DNA of 64,000 nt from Leucoraja erinacea. Its lineage: Eukaryota. The stretch covers positions 55,242,001-55,306,000 of the forward strand of contig NC_073386.1 in assembly GCF_028641065.1 (NCBI RefSeq), written 5' to 3'. Below the pieces are notes generated by a model that was not told where the DNA came from, ran no database searches, and was given only the letters and a program-made list of their open reading frames with translations. The position numbers were made by a program, and so were the translations under genes. Positions 48,850-60,450 of the stretch are shown piece after piece. Within the stretch, counting starts at the first letter, position 1. Each line of letters begins with the position of its first letter.

Positions 48850-50849
48850 AGGGATTTGGTAAAAAACACTTTATTATACATTAATACTGCAACTGATCTC
48901 AAACAGCTCAGCAACACAATGAAAGACCTTAGTTGCCAAAATAGTGCTATTGAAGCAGTAAAAGCAAACACAGACACAATTACTTATTTAAATTGCAACT
49001 TTAATTGGGTACTTTAAAAAAATACTGGCCTATGGTTAAGAAAATTAGCATAAAAAATTTAAAACCTCATGCCGAACATGGAAAACACAAGAGCTTCAAG
49101 CTCTCTATCAAATATCTTTTCAAGAGGTAGAATCTTGACAATACATTTCCGCTGCCTACATATTGTTAAAATATACAACCATTATTTCAAACAGAAATTC
49201 CAGATTACAATGAGAAAGTATATCACAAACAAACATTTCACAATGATTTTACAGCCATATTAAAATAGTTTTTTTATACAACACCACAAACAAGGTTTTG
49301 CTTAAGTTGATTTAAAATTTTCTTTAAAACACATATTTAAAAATCAAAGGCTTTACTTTGAATACCTAGCTGCTCGCATCCACAATACATCTCTCAACCA
49401 TGTTGTTTAAACAAAAGTTTTTTTTAGGTATCTTTCCAAGTTGCCTCACCACTTTATCAATTAGTCATTTGTACAAGCTAAAAATATTTTCCCAAATATG
49501 GACATAACCTGTCCAAAATATTTCATATTTTGAACTATACGGATCAGAAAGGGAGAAATAAAGAAATTACTTTTGATTTACTTTGTTGTTAGCTAAATGT
49601 AATGTTTACTTAAACAATGACAATACAATAGATCATCTGGAAAGAACAGACCAAGTCCAATATTTTTTATTTAAAATACCACATATATAATATACATAAA
49701 CTATCAAAGTGGGAAAAAAAGGTAAGAATTTTATAAAACAGACCTTTGAACCAAAAAATAAATCTAATTTCACTTTCCATGCAGGTGTCATATTTTACAC
49801 CTTACATTAAAAGTTTGTAACTGTACATTTACACACATCTTAAGTGAATTTTAAGTGCACAATTCAAAATAGGACTGAATTGTATAATCAGCTTCTTTAA
49901 AAAAAATAATTTCTGTAAATAAAATCTAATATCAGAAATCTGTTTATTGTTGTAAGTTGTGTTTTATTCTAATTGAAGATTAAACTTTCAATATAATTTC
50001 TGTCCATCTAATTTGGGAGCATGGTTTATGTTCAGATTTAATTTTCACTTCTACACTTTATCCTTTCTTCCATAATGCCTCTGATCATTGTGACTCACTG
50101 ATATTGTAGCTGACTGGACAATAGACGTGTGCACACTTAAAACGACATTAAATTGATCTCTGTTCTTCTGCTGCTACAGAGCACCATATGACGTAAAATG
50201 CTCCCTTACGCAGCATGGCTACAAATAGCTATATTGTGCAACGTGAGTGCCGCAAAGTGCAAGTGGCAGCAAACACTGGAAAGCAAAGATTGTTATGTCT
50301 TAAGACTGTAAAACCTTATGTCTTAAGACTGCATCCACCACTACTGCAACTGGGTTGTTGTTTAAGGCTATGGAAGAAGTACAGGATCATCTTCTACATT
50401 CTCATTGCTATAATGCACCTTGTTATGGTTCATTCGGTGTTACATAAGCTTTGGAGGTTTATTATATTCCTAGGTTTTATTTGTATTTAGGATCTTGCAG
50501 GATGCTTTCAAGAACCCAAAGTCTAGTCTTATTTGCAGCCATTCAGCTGTCAAGCTTCACTCGTCAGCTCATGTTAGTTAAATTACTGTTTATAACAGTG
50601 CAGCTAAAAGGAGAATTGATCATTGACTGGAATCTTATAGTTCAGCAATACTGATTTATCAGCTCCCAATACTTGATGCAGTCATGAAAAGTCATTTCCA
50701 AAGTATTGCTGGTGCAATGCAGCAATTTCTGACCCTTTACAAATTCTTAAAATAAAGGTTCCCTAGTTTCTAGCCCAAGAAGGTTAGTCTTCAGTTCAGT
50801 TTCCTTGCTTTTCAGCCACAATATTTTCCATTTTCAGCGTAGTGATGCT
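48850..50849 (-). other. CDC14A: Probable long AT-rich 3'UTR of CDC14A
   Basis: About 2 kb with no recognisable transposon after the stop codon; AATAAA on the minus strand near 48870-48875 and 49666-49671, ATTAAA near 49000. True 3' end unknown. Confidence 0.6.
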
Positions 50850-50879
50850 TTAGTACTGAACATATTCAGACTGAAGTGA
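50850..50879 (-). CDS. CDC14A: CDC14A terminal coding exon SLQSEYVQY*
   Basis: ttttgcag|TCA CTT CAG TCT GAA TAT GTT CAG TAC TAA; phase 0 fits the previous exon; human C-terminus is SLQSEYVHY. Confidence 0.93.
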   Translation of the reverse strand, partial: SLQSEYVQY

Positions 50880-53800
50880 CTGCAAAAGAAAAAAACTTCA
50901 GCTAAGAACATTTATATATTTTTTGAATGTTACAGGAACATTTGAAAGTGTTCAATAGTACGTCAACAAAATCAATGCACTGTACATGCTCAAAGGATTG
51001 ACTCAAGGGTTGTTAACACTCAGCCAGGTTGAACCGTCGAGTTTTTAACACTTAGCCAGGTTGAATTGTAAGGGAGAGGCAAACCAGCAGAGCTCAAAAT
51101 AGAAATACTGGGATGAAAAGTAGGGGAAAGACTTGGGAAGAGTTCCTGGTCCAGACTCTTAGCATTCTCTTCTGGAGATCCACAACAGATGTTGGCTTAA
51201 GTTTAGAAAACAGTGAGATTATGGATATCGCCATTAAATACATCCAAACTCAACATCCAGCCTCACTGTTGCTGGTTGGATATTTGGTGCTAGAAAAGGA
51301 ATGGGAGGCTAACTTGTCAATTATTTAATCATGTTGTAGAAACGAATTCATACCTTTAGTAGAAAAAGGAAATCAAACTAAGAATTAAGAAAAGTTAATT
51401 AAGGGTCTATTATTCAAGGGACACCATTTAATTTAGCTGCATATGTTATTTAAGACAGGAGGGTAATAATTAAGTAATTTTAAGATGGCTATCTTATGTT
51501 TGGCAGTTAGGAAACTATTAACATCTATTCTAAAAGGAGAATAATGTGCTTTCATTTAGAAATAGATTAATCATTAAAATCTATTCAAGGAAAAATAATG
51601 TGCTTTCATTTAGAAAGAGACGAATTAATCATGCATTTAACAGAAGTCTCATGTTGACTAACTTAATTGAATTTTTCAACGAGTTAACAAGAAGGGTTTG
51701 ATGTGTTCCACATAGATTTTAGCAAAGATTTTGATTAGATTCCAGTAGCAGCTTAGTCATAAAAGTGAAACCTTTTCTTTGTTCGCTGAGCTAGAGATTA
51801 TACGAGTAGGGATGCTACTCTGGAATTATATGTGACTTTACTGAGACAAGAGATTAAGTGCAGTGGCGCTGGTTGTATTACGGATAAGATGCAATTGTTT
51901 TCAAGAGAGATCAAAGAAAATTTAAGAGGACGTTGCAAGTATTGAAAAATTGTAGCTATGAGGAACGATTTCAGAGGTTAGGGTTGCGTTCGTTGAAAGA
52001 TAAAGCTTAAGAAATACACAATTTGGGTATAAAAAGTTGCAAAGTGCCCAGAAAATGTAGTGCCGTAGTTAAACAGCACGGAAACAGGCCCTTTGGCCCA
52101 CCTTGCCCGTGACAATCAAGCTGGCACACTGGGTTAGTCCATTTTTTTTGCATTAGGACCAATTCTTGTATCGGGGCAGCATGTTCCTGTCAGGGTGAAG
52201 TGAAAGGCAGGCAAGTTTAAGGAACCCTCAAAAGAGATGTTGAAGCTCTGACCAGGAAAAAGGAGACATACATCGTATTTGATTACCATGAATAGGAAGG
52301 ATCTACATTTCTTAGTAGCAGAGTTCAAATCTAGGCCTCTTAGGTTTTGTTTTTAAGTACTTGGTAAAAGCTAAGAGGGGAGAGGAAGAAAATGCTGTCA
52401 CTCATTACTTTCAGAGTGTATTTGAAGAGTCATGGACCTGCGAGCTCCAGCTCAAGTGCGAAAAGAAAACATTAGGTCGAATATAGTTTTTGTCTGACAT
52501 GGGCCGAAAGGCCTTCTTCTGCATCACAAATCATTAAAGTGTTAATAATTAATTCAAATTAGTGAAAAATCACTTGTTTTCTGAACTGTCCACAAAAAAT
52601 GAAACATCACACAAAAATATTAACTTCACAGATCAACCTTCAGAATGTAGGGACTTTTCACTACTGCTCACTGAGCAGCCAAACTCATAATATTTTGCTT
52701 GCCAGTGATCAAAGGTAATTTCTTAAATTAGAATAGATTTGTCTGGTCTTCCTCATTTCATACATTCTCCAAATATAAACAAAAAAGTTATAACATCGAT
52801 CAAAAAAGAATCCATTTAACTTGTCTACTCTGGCTTATTTCTTTCTTGCAAGTGACAGCACACATACGTTAAATGGTTACAGTTCTAGACCCAAAAAGGT
52901 GCAAAACTAGAAAGCAAAATACTGCAAATGTTGGAAAAATGAAATCAAAATGGAAAATACAGAAATATTCAGCAAGCCTGGCAGCACTGGTAGAGAAAGA
53001 AACTGCTAATGTTTCAGGTCAATGCCGTTTTAGAAGAGAGAAGGAATATCTGAGATGGGTTGGAGACAAAAGAGATATCAACTGATAGAAATTGTGGACT
53101 AGTGCGAGATAAGCTGGTGAATCCTTGCTAATTGCAGCAGATCTAGCAGGGGGTGGTATGAACGGAGAGGGGAAGGGGAACAATGCAAGGACTGAAAGAT
53201 ATAGATTTCTTTAGCAAGTGTCTGAGTTGCTTTGAACCAACATAAAAAAAAGCATGTGAATTAAGTGGTAATAATACATGACACATTTACATTTCTATAT
53301 ATTGTAGTGCATATTTAAATCGCACAAAGAACTTTAGGGCAAAAGAGTGATCAGGATCTTGGTAATTAGAAATGATTGACTGGAAGTATACACATTTCAA
53401 CTCTAGGTCACGATGAATACATAGCAAAGTGCTTTATAAATAGCACTTTAAAATGTTATTCAACGCCATATTAGCAAGTAGAATTTTGTTTCAGTGAAAA
53501 ACATCTACTGCTCAAAATGATAAAACGAATTACCAAGCAATTGGTTTTATACCTTAAGGAGATCATTGCACTCATGAAGACTTCAGTACATTTACAAAAT
53601 GCATTTCTTTTTTCAGGATTAAAAATTAATGAGGATGTAAAAAACATAATGCAAACAAGAACAAATAACATCTACAAGACTTTCCCACAGTTAACTACTG
53701 TTTATAGTTTGATCTGGAGTAATGTATTAACCTTGGGAACAGTTTTCCACAGATGGACAGTATCAATAATTGATAAACTGGCCACCCTACCTTCTAGGTT

Positions 53801-55058
53801 TCAAGATAATGAATGATCAGACACCTCATGTCTATCCACCTATTACTTGCCAGACCTTGTCTGGTCTCTTCCACCTTTCATTCCCCCCCCACTACAAACA
53901 TGAATTGATAAACTGACCACCCAACCTTCTATGTTACAGGATAATAACATGGAAGGCAGTGTGGAAAGTAATTGGCATATCAAAGCATTCCAGCAGACTG
54001 AAGGAGTTAAACCAAGATTTGAGTACTATTATACAAGTGACAGTGAGCCAGTTTTCTGGACTGCATGTCGCATTGTTTTTGATTGGAAATTCATCTGCCG
54101 GTGACAGCTAAACATGGTGAATTGACAATTTAATGGAAGAGAAATCCCACCCCCCCCCCTCCTAATGTGGGTCTCCGTAATGCTATTTGCATATGGTTAG
54201 CACAGTTACACTGTCATGCTAGATCATCAGTCCGTAAAGTAAATTATGTAATGCAGGTTTTGGGGCAGGACATACACACAAACATCACACAAAGTTATTT
54301 AAGTAGAACTAAGAGGAGGGCTCACATTACCTACTGTAAAAAAAGACACAATTACTAGAGTAATTCAGCGGACTAGGCAGTGCTTCTAGAGAACATAGAT
54401 AGGAGAGGTTGAGTTGAAATCCATCAGGTCAGAAACGTTGCCTATCAATGTTCTCCAGAGATGCCACCTGTTACTTCAGTACTTTGTGCCGGTATTGGCA
54501 AACCAACACCTGCAGTTTCTTATATCTACACTGTCTGCTGGTACTTTATTTAAGGGGGTAAATATAATTTAATGTATCTTAAAATTATTCTATTTTGTTA
54601 AAGCCTAGATCTGAAAAAAATCCACGAAAAAGTCAAATGCCATAAGCAGAGCAGAATATAAAGTCTGGGAGGTCAGAAGATTAATTCTTAATTCAAACCA
54701 CCCTAAATCTTGAGTCATATCATCTGTGGAGCATCAGTCCTTTACTGACACAGATTTGAATGGATTTCAGGAGACTGCTTCACACCCACGTGCAAGGTGG
54801 CTTGACATAAAGTTTTAATCAAGTAATTTACTTCAATGGCATCTCAGCAGAGCACAATTCTGCTGTAGTCACACGGCAATTATGATTTAAAAAAATTAAA
54901 ATTCTGATAAATTAGCAAATTTTATGTAAATTAAAATTCAAAGCGAAGAGCACTATTTTAGCTACTGCACATACAAGATGCCATTTTACCTCAATAAATG
55001 GTAAAACAATAAAAACCTTTTATGACAGCTTGTAAAGCACAAATGCATGTAAACTTAC

Positions 55059-55380
55059 GGGATGCGAGCGACTTAGGTATCGCATGGTGCCAGGACTGAG
55101 GCCACCGTAGGTGGTTCTACAGATGTAATCATCCTTCGGACGGGAACAAGGATTGATGGGGACAATGCAGGAAGTACCACTGTAGGATTTGCTGCAGTAG
55201 TTGTTGTTATTCAGTTCTTGGTACAATCTCGCAGGAATCTGCGAGTTGTTATACGGCTGGTTGGTGGAATAACCAGCTGCAAAACTTTGCCTAGGAGTTG
55301 ATGTCATGAAGTTGTCAGGTTCATCAGGGGCAGCATACAGATTCCCTAGTGAACTGCCTAGCCTGGAGTTTATGGAGAAG
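55059..55380 (-). CDS. CDC14A: CDC14A penultimate coding exon (322 bp, phase 2-0)
   Basis: atttag|CTTCTCCATA...CATCCC|gtaagt; encodes FSINSRLGSSLGNLYAAPDEPDN...YQELNNNNY...RYLSRSHP, matching human SINSRLASSLGNLNAA...YPELNNNQY...RFLSRSIP. Confidence 0.95.
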
Positions 55381-55864
55381 CTAAATGGGAAACAGACAAT
55401 GGGGAAACAGGACATAATGCACATGGAAAACAATTAAGATGAAACAAAAAAAAGCATTCACATGAAAAATTTATCAAAAATATACTTCAAATGCTAAAAC
55501 ATGGTGTAAAATTATTCAACATTTTAAACTCACAGCTGTAATCAAATTCAATAACTTTGTGACAAACATTTTTAGCTGTTAAATCTTACCATTTCAAATG
55601 TCACATTATGACAAACATACTAGATGTTCTAGAAGGAAGACAATGACAGCCATTCACGTATTAACAAAGATCCATCTCCCAGCAAGAAATGGTGCAACTT
55701 GCATTGCAACACAAGAGAAAAATAAATGTTTAGAAATTTAAAATACCATGCGCTAAAGATGATTATTTTTTGGAATTTTTGCTTAATGCTTACCAAAAAG
55801 AATAATTCGCCTATTTAGTAGAACAACAAATTATGAGGTAATGAACACTTCAAATTCTGCATTT

Positions 55865-57165
55865 TTGTTTAGAGATACAGCGTGGAAACAGGCCCTTCAG
55901 CCCACCTAGTCCACCCCAACCAACGATCCCCTACACCAATGTTTCTCAACCCTTTTACCCTTGCGGAACCCTTGAAATAATTTTCATGTCTCATGGAGCC
56001 CCTGAGTTTGGGGTTGACGGGCCTGCCGCCATTTTGACTCGCTTCACAACGGCAATCTCTGGCGTCACAACAGAGACCCATCAGCCGTGCCTGCGCAGTT
56101 GGGGGAGGATTGCGGGGCCGGGATCGCCATATCAACATCCAGCATTGTGTATAGGTGAGGGTGAATATTGCATATAGGTGAGTGGGAATATTGCGTTGGG
56201 AGGGGGACCCAACGGGTCCACACTTGATCTAGTTCAGGGGTGTCAAACTCATTTTAGGTCACGGGACGGATTAGGCAAAATGCAACTTCATGCGGGCTGG
56301 ATCAGTTGTGCACGCGCGAACTCACGCTCCCTCAGCTTTCGTTGCCTTCGTTTTTTCAACCTTCTCTCATGTGCCATAACTACAAAGTGTTTCACTTTTA
56401 CGAGTTCTTATAAAGAAGATTGCCTAGCAAACATTACTTACAAGAAAGTTGTGATGAGAGAGAGAAAAAGCGATGCTATTTTGGCTAAGATTGTTTTGGG
56501 AGCCACACCCTTTCCATTAATAAACCATTTGAAATCGAACATTAGCACACAAGTGTCAACCTAACGAAACAAATTGTTAGCGCTGGCATCCAAGAGAGAC
56601 TCCGGGTTGTGGCCTCACCCAGTCAGTGCGGGTTTCTGGGACGATCGGGATACAGGGAAAGGCCTAGAAGAGAAATGCTTTGCGGTCGGCTGAGCTCTCC
56701 CCTGCCATGCTGCTCCACACGGTGTAAAGAGAAAAGTATCCATCACGCAAGCCCGCATCGCTACAATGTTGTTTTTGTTTCCTCATAGCGTTCGAACCCA
56801 GCACCCAGCCGCTCCGCACTGCGCAGCCTAACTCCACTCAGCGCCCACCCCCTCCCTCATTGGCCATAGCTGACTGCCCAGAGGGTGGTACCTTCTCCTA
56901 TAGGGAGACAAACAAAGCATTACTTACAAGAAAGTTGTGATGAGAGAGAGAAAAAACGATGCTATTTTGGCTAAGATTGTTTTGGGAGCCACACCCGAAC
57001 AGCCCGTTTGTCTGGCTCTTGCCGCGGGCGGAACCCCCCCCAATGGAGCACCCAGAAAAATCCCACACGGCCACAGAGAGAATGAAGTCTATACAGACAG
57101 CACCTAGTCAGGATCGAACCTGGGTCTCTAGCACAAGGCAGCAACTTCACCACTGCGCCACCTCA
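55865..57165 (-). mobile_element. HE1-like SINE interrupted by hAT/Charlie-like MITE pieces (CAATGTTTCTCAAC near 55938; CAGGGGTGTCAAAC at 56235) and a Helitron end
   Basis: SINE tail 55865-55935 and tRNA-like head 57040-57165; Charlie-type termini; internal ~80-bp direct repeat at about 56430-56510 and 56918-56996. Confidence 0.6.
56020..56232 (+). mobile_element. Helitron 3' end fragment (related family)
   Basis: GGACCCAACGGGTCC hairpin followed by ACACTTGATCTAG|T; 5' limit uncertain. Confidence 0.65.
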
Positions 57166-57714
57166 GTGCACCACACTGGAAAACCAAGGCTATAATATGT
57201 TGTTCAAATTCTATTGACTACTCAATTCTCGACTATTCAAGAACACCAAAATCAGGTTAACTAGAACATGGCACTACTAATAGAAATGTTAATAAACTTA
57301 ATAACAAACAGAAGGAAATAAATTGAGATCTTCGAGGGCCTGTTAGGTTACATTAATTGCTTGGTATTTATCAGCACTTTCTAAAAACGATTAAGTTAAA
57401 CATCTAAGCCTTCCAAAAATAAGCCTTGCAATAGATTAAAATACAGAACGTTATCCATGATAGATTCAATAAACATGATTCATGAAGAATTTTCAGAAGC
57501 AGTTTCATTATGAAGGAAAAACTGAACCACTTCCAAAGTTTTGTATATTAATTCTGAGCGTTTACATACATTTTCAATAAACATATTTATGCAGTCAAAA
57601 GAGAGACTGTAAATAAAAATCAGGCCACTGAAGGTCTTGGTAGAGACAGGGGCCATCGATTAATCTTTTTAATTCATTTAGACAATTCCTTTGTCCTTGG
57701 ATAAGAACAGTCAC

Positions 57715-58405
57715 CACCGGGTGCCGCCAGCAGCGGCTGCCTCGCCAACAATCTGTGTGTGTGTGGGGGGGGGGGGGGGGGGGGGGGGGGGGGAGAGAGA
57801 GGGGGGAGTTGGGGGGAAACTTTCTAATCTCATACTTCGACGGAGATGCGATTTTTTTCCGTATCGTAACTCCGTCCGCACTGCGGCTTAACATAGAGGA
57901 GTTGCCGGCCTTTGCTGGGGACCGATTTCGAGAGCTCCACCGCGGGTGCCTGTGGACTTTAACATCATGGAGCCCGCAATCCGTTTGCTAAGGATCGACC
58001 TCTGAGCTCCACCACGGGAGTCTGCGGGACTTTAACTTCATGGAGCTCGCGGATTCTGGTCGGAAACAGACTTTGTGAACTCCAAGCTGCAGGAGTTTCG
58101 ACCGCCACGACGCAGGAACTTCGATTGCCCCGACGCGGAGGCTTCAACCTCTGGTTGCGGGACCATCGATCGTCCAGATTGTAGATGGTTCGACTGCCCC
58201 AACAATGGGAGAATATAAGAGGAAAAAGATTGGACTTTATTGCCTCCCATCATAGTGTGGAACATGGGGAATCCGCTGTGGTGGATGTTTATGTCAACTT
58301 TGATGTAGTTGTGTGTCTGGTTGGGGTTTTTTTTTTAGTTTGGCTGTATGGTAATTTGAATTTCACTGTACCTTAATTGGTACATGTGACAATAAACTAA
58401 CCTTG
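57715..58405 (+). mobile_element. Non-autonomous LINE-like element with GC-rich head, internal ~60-bp repeats and Rex-type tail
   Basis: GAGCTCCACC..GGG....TG.GGACTTTAAC.TCATGGAGC repeated; tail CACTGTACC...GGTACATGTGACAATAAA. Confidence 0.6.
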
Positions 58406-59020
58406 AGAAAGCAGTGTTTCAGTCACTAAAAAAAGCCACTATGTTCTTTTGAATGGGTAAATTTGCCACAATACCCTCTAACAATTCTTAATACAAATAC
58501 ATGTATCATACTTCACTTACTTAAAAATAAATCCAACTACTCTTGGTAGTTCAGCCAATGTAGCCAAACTCAATGTGAGCCTTGATAAGGGTCATCAATA
58601 TGCCATTTGGTCCCTTGTAGCGCAACTGATCCGGTATCATTTGAGACATTTGATAGAAACAAAGCAAGATTTTCTGGCTTCCCAAATCTTTACTTCACTA
58701 CCCTTTCAGGTCTGAGAAACTCGGGCAATAAACAACATCCATCGTTATAACAACCGAGTCGGTTATATAAAATAAAACAGCAATTTAATAAGAACTTCTT
58801 CTGCAATTTAGTCTACTCTTTGTCGTTTGAATAATTGAATGGTATACTGTATTCCATGTTAATAAAAAGCAGGTAAATTTTTTAAAAGTCAAATTATATG
58901 CCAAGTAAATTTACCCATGTTTTGATGAGGGAACAACAATAATGTCTTTAGTTTGTGTGCTTATGTCATTTAAATTAAGATTTTTCAGACATTATCTTAT
59001 TAAAAATAAAAGTGCTTCAC

Positions 59021-59146
59021 CTTTTGTTATTACTGTTTAAGGGCGAAGGGCTTCTGTTAATTCTCCTCGGACTTGCAGAAGCAATTGAGATCTTTGATGA
59101 TTTCAGAGGTGACATTGATCCTTGCCCAGCACTTAAATAATTGATC
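59021..59146 (-). CDS. CDC14A: CDC14A internal coding exon (126 bp, phase 2-2)
   Basis: ttttaacag|GATCAAT...AACAAAAG|gtgaag; encodes INYLSAGQGSMSPLKSSKISIASASPRRINRSPSPLNSNNK(S), similar to human LQGSAVTLKTSK...AKRINRT. Confidence 0.88.
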
Positions 59147-59767
59147 CTGTTAAAATAGTGCCGCACAATTAAACTTGCTTAAATTACAATAATAGATCAT
59201 AAACAAAAATATTTTCCATGTGAATCATTGCATTTGTTTTCTAAATCTGACCTCCGTTCACAATTATTGAAGTCAAGGAGCCACAACAAGAAAACACAAT
59301 AAAGGTTTTTTTATTAATTGTGGTAATTAATGTGCAATATGTAAATCAATTAATTGTAATGAATTAGAATTCTCTAAAGTAATTTCACCTTGAGAGTCAA
59401 TAGGATTTTTAGATTACGGTGAGCCAATAATTTGCATGTTTAGAAATAAACTTAAATAATAAGACCAATTATCCCACAGTTGTTTGTGGAGCTTAATCTG
59501 ATATTGGTTTACTATTGTCATGAGTACCGTGAGATACAGTGAGAACTTTGTTTTGAGTGGTGTCCAGGCAAATCATTCCGTACAATAAAACCCTACATGA
59601 GAGTAACAGGCAGTGCAAAAAAAGGAAGAAAACTGAGTGCAGTACAGCTGCAGAGAAATTGCAGATAAACAAAAAATTCAAGGGCCGCAACAAGGTAGAT
59701 CGGAAGATTGCGAATGCATTCTTAGTTTATGAGAGGTCCATCCAAGAGTCTGATAACAGTAGGGAAG

Positions 59768-60450
59768 GTAGATAAAAATTCTGGAGAAACTCAGCGGGTG
59801 AGGCAGCATCTATGGAGCGAAGGAAAAGGTGACGTTTCCGGTCGAGACCCTTCTTCAGACTGATGTGGGGGTGGGTGAGGGTGGGAAGAAGAAAGGAAGA
59901 GGCGGGGACAGTGGACTGTGGGAGAGCTAGGAAGGGGAGGGGAAAGAGGGAGAAAAGCAAGGACTACCTGAAATTGGACGTCAATGTTCATACCGCTGGG
60001 GTGTAAACTACCCAAGCAAAATATGAGGTGCTGCTCCTCCAATTTGCGGTGAGACTCACTCTGGCCATTGAGGCCCAGGACAGAAAGGTCGGATTCGGAA
60101 TGGGGGGAGTTGAAGTGCTGAGCCACCAAGAGATCAGGTTGGTTATTGCGAACTGAGTGAAGGAATTGGGCGAACCGATGTAGAGCAGCTGACACCTAGA
60201 GCAGTGGATGCAATAGATGAGGTTGGAGGAGGTGCAGGTGAACCTCTGTCGCACCCTCCCAACTCTCCCACAGCCCACTGTCTCCGCATCTTCCTTTCTT
60301 CTTCCGATCCCCACATCAATCTGAAGAAGGGTCACGACCCAAAACATCACCTTTTCCTTTGTTCCATAGATGCTGCCTCATCCGCTGAGTTTCTCCAGCA
60401 TTTTTATCTACCTTCGATTTTTTTCAGCATCTGCAGTTTCTTCTTAAACA
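59768..60450. mobile_element. Penelope-like element with inverted pseudo-LTR arrangement and 15-bp TSD
   Basis: GIY-YIG remnant FTCTSSNLIYCIHCSRCQLLYIG (minus); inverted arms at about 59765-59930 and 60260-60415; ATAACAGTAGGGAAG at 59753-59767 and 60451-60465. Confidence 0.85.
59831..59858 (-). ncRNA. Minimal hammerhead ribozyme motif (Penelope-associated)
   Basis: CUGAAGA-AG-GGUC(UC)GACC-G-GAAACGUC. Confidence 0.55.

Noticed and set aside
53768-53945. ~43-bp direct repeat (also short duplications near 50292-50330 and 51540-51617)
   Set aside because: Ordinary old insertion-associated or slippage duplications.
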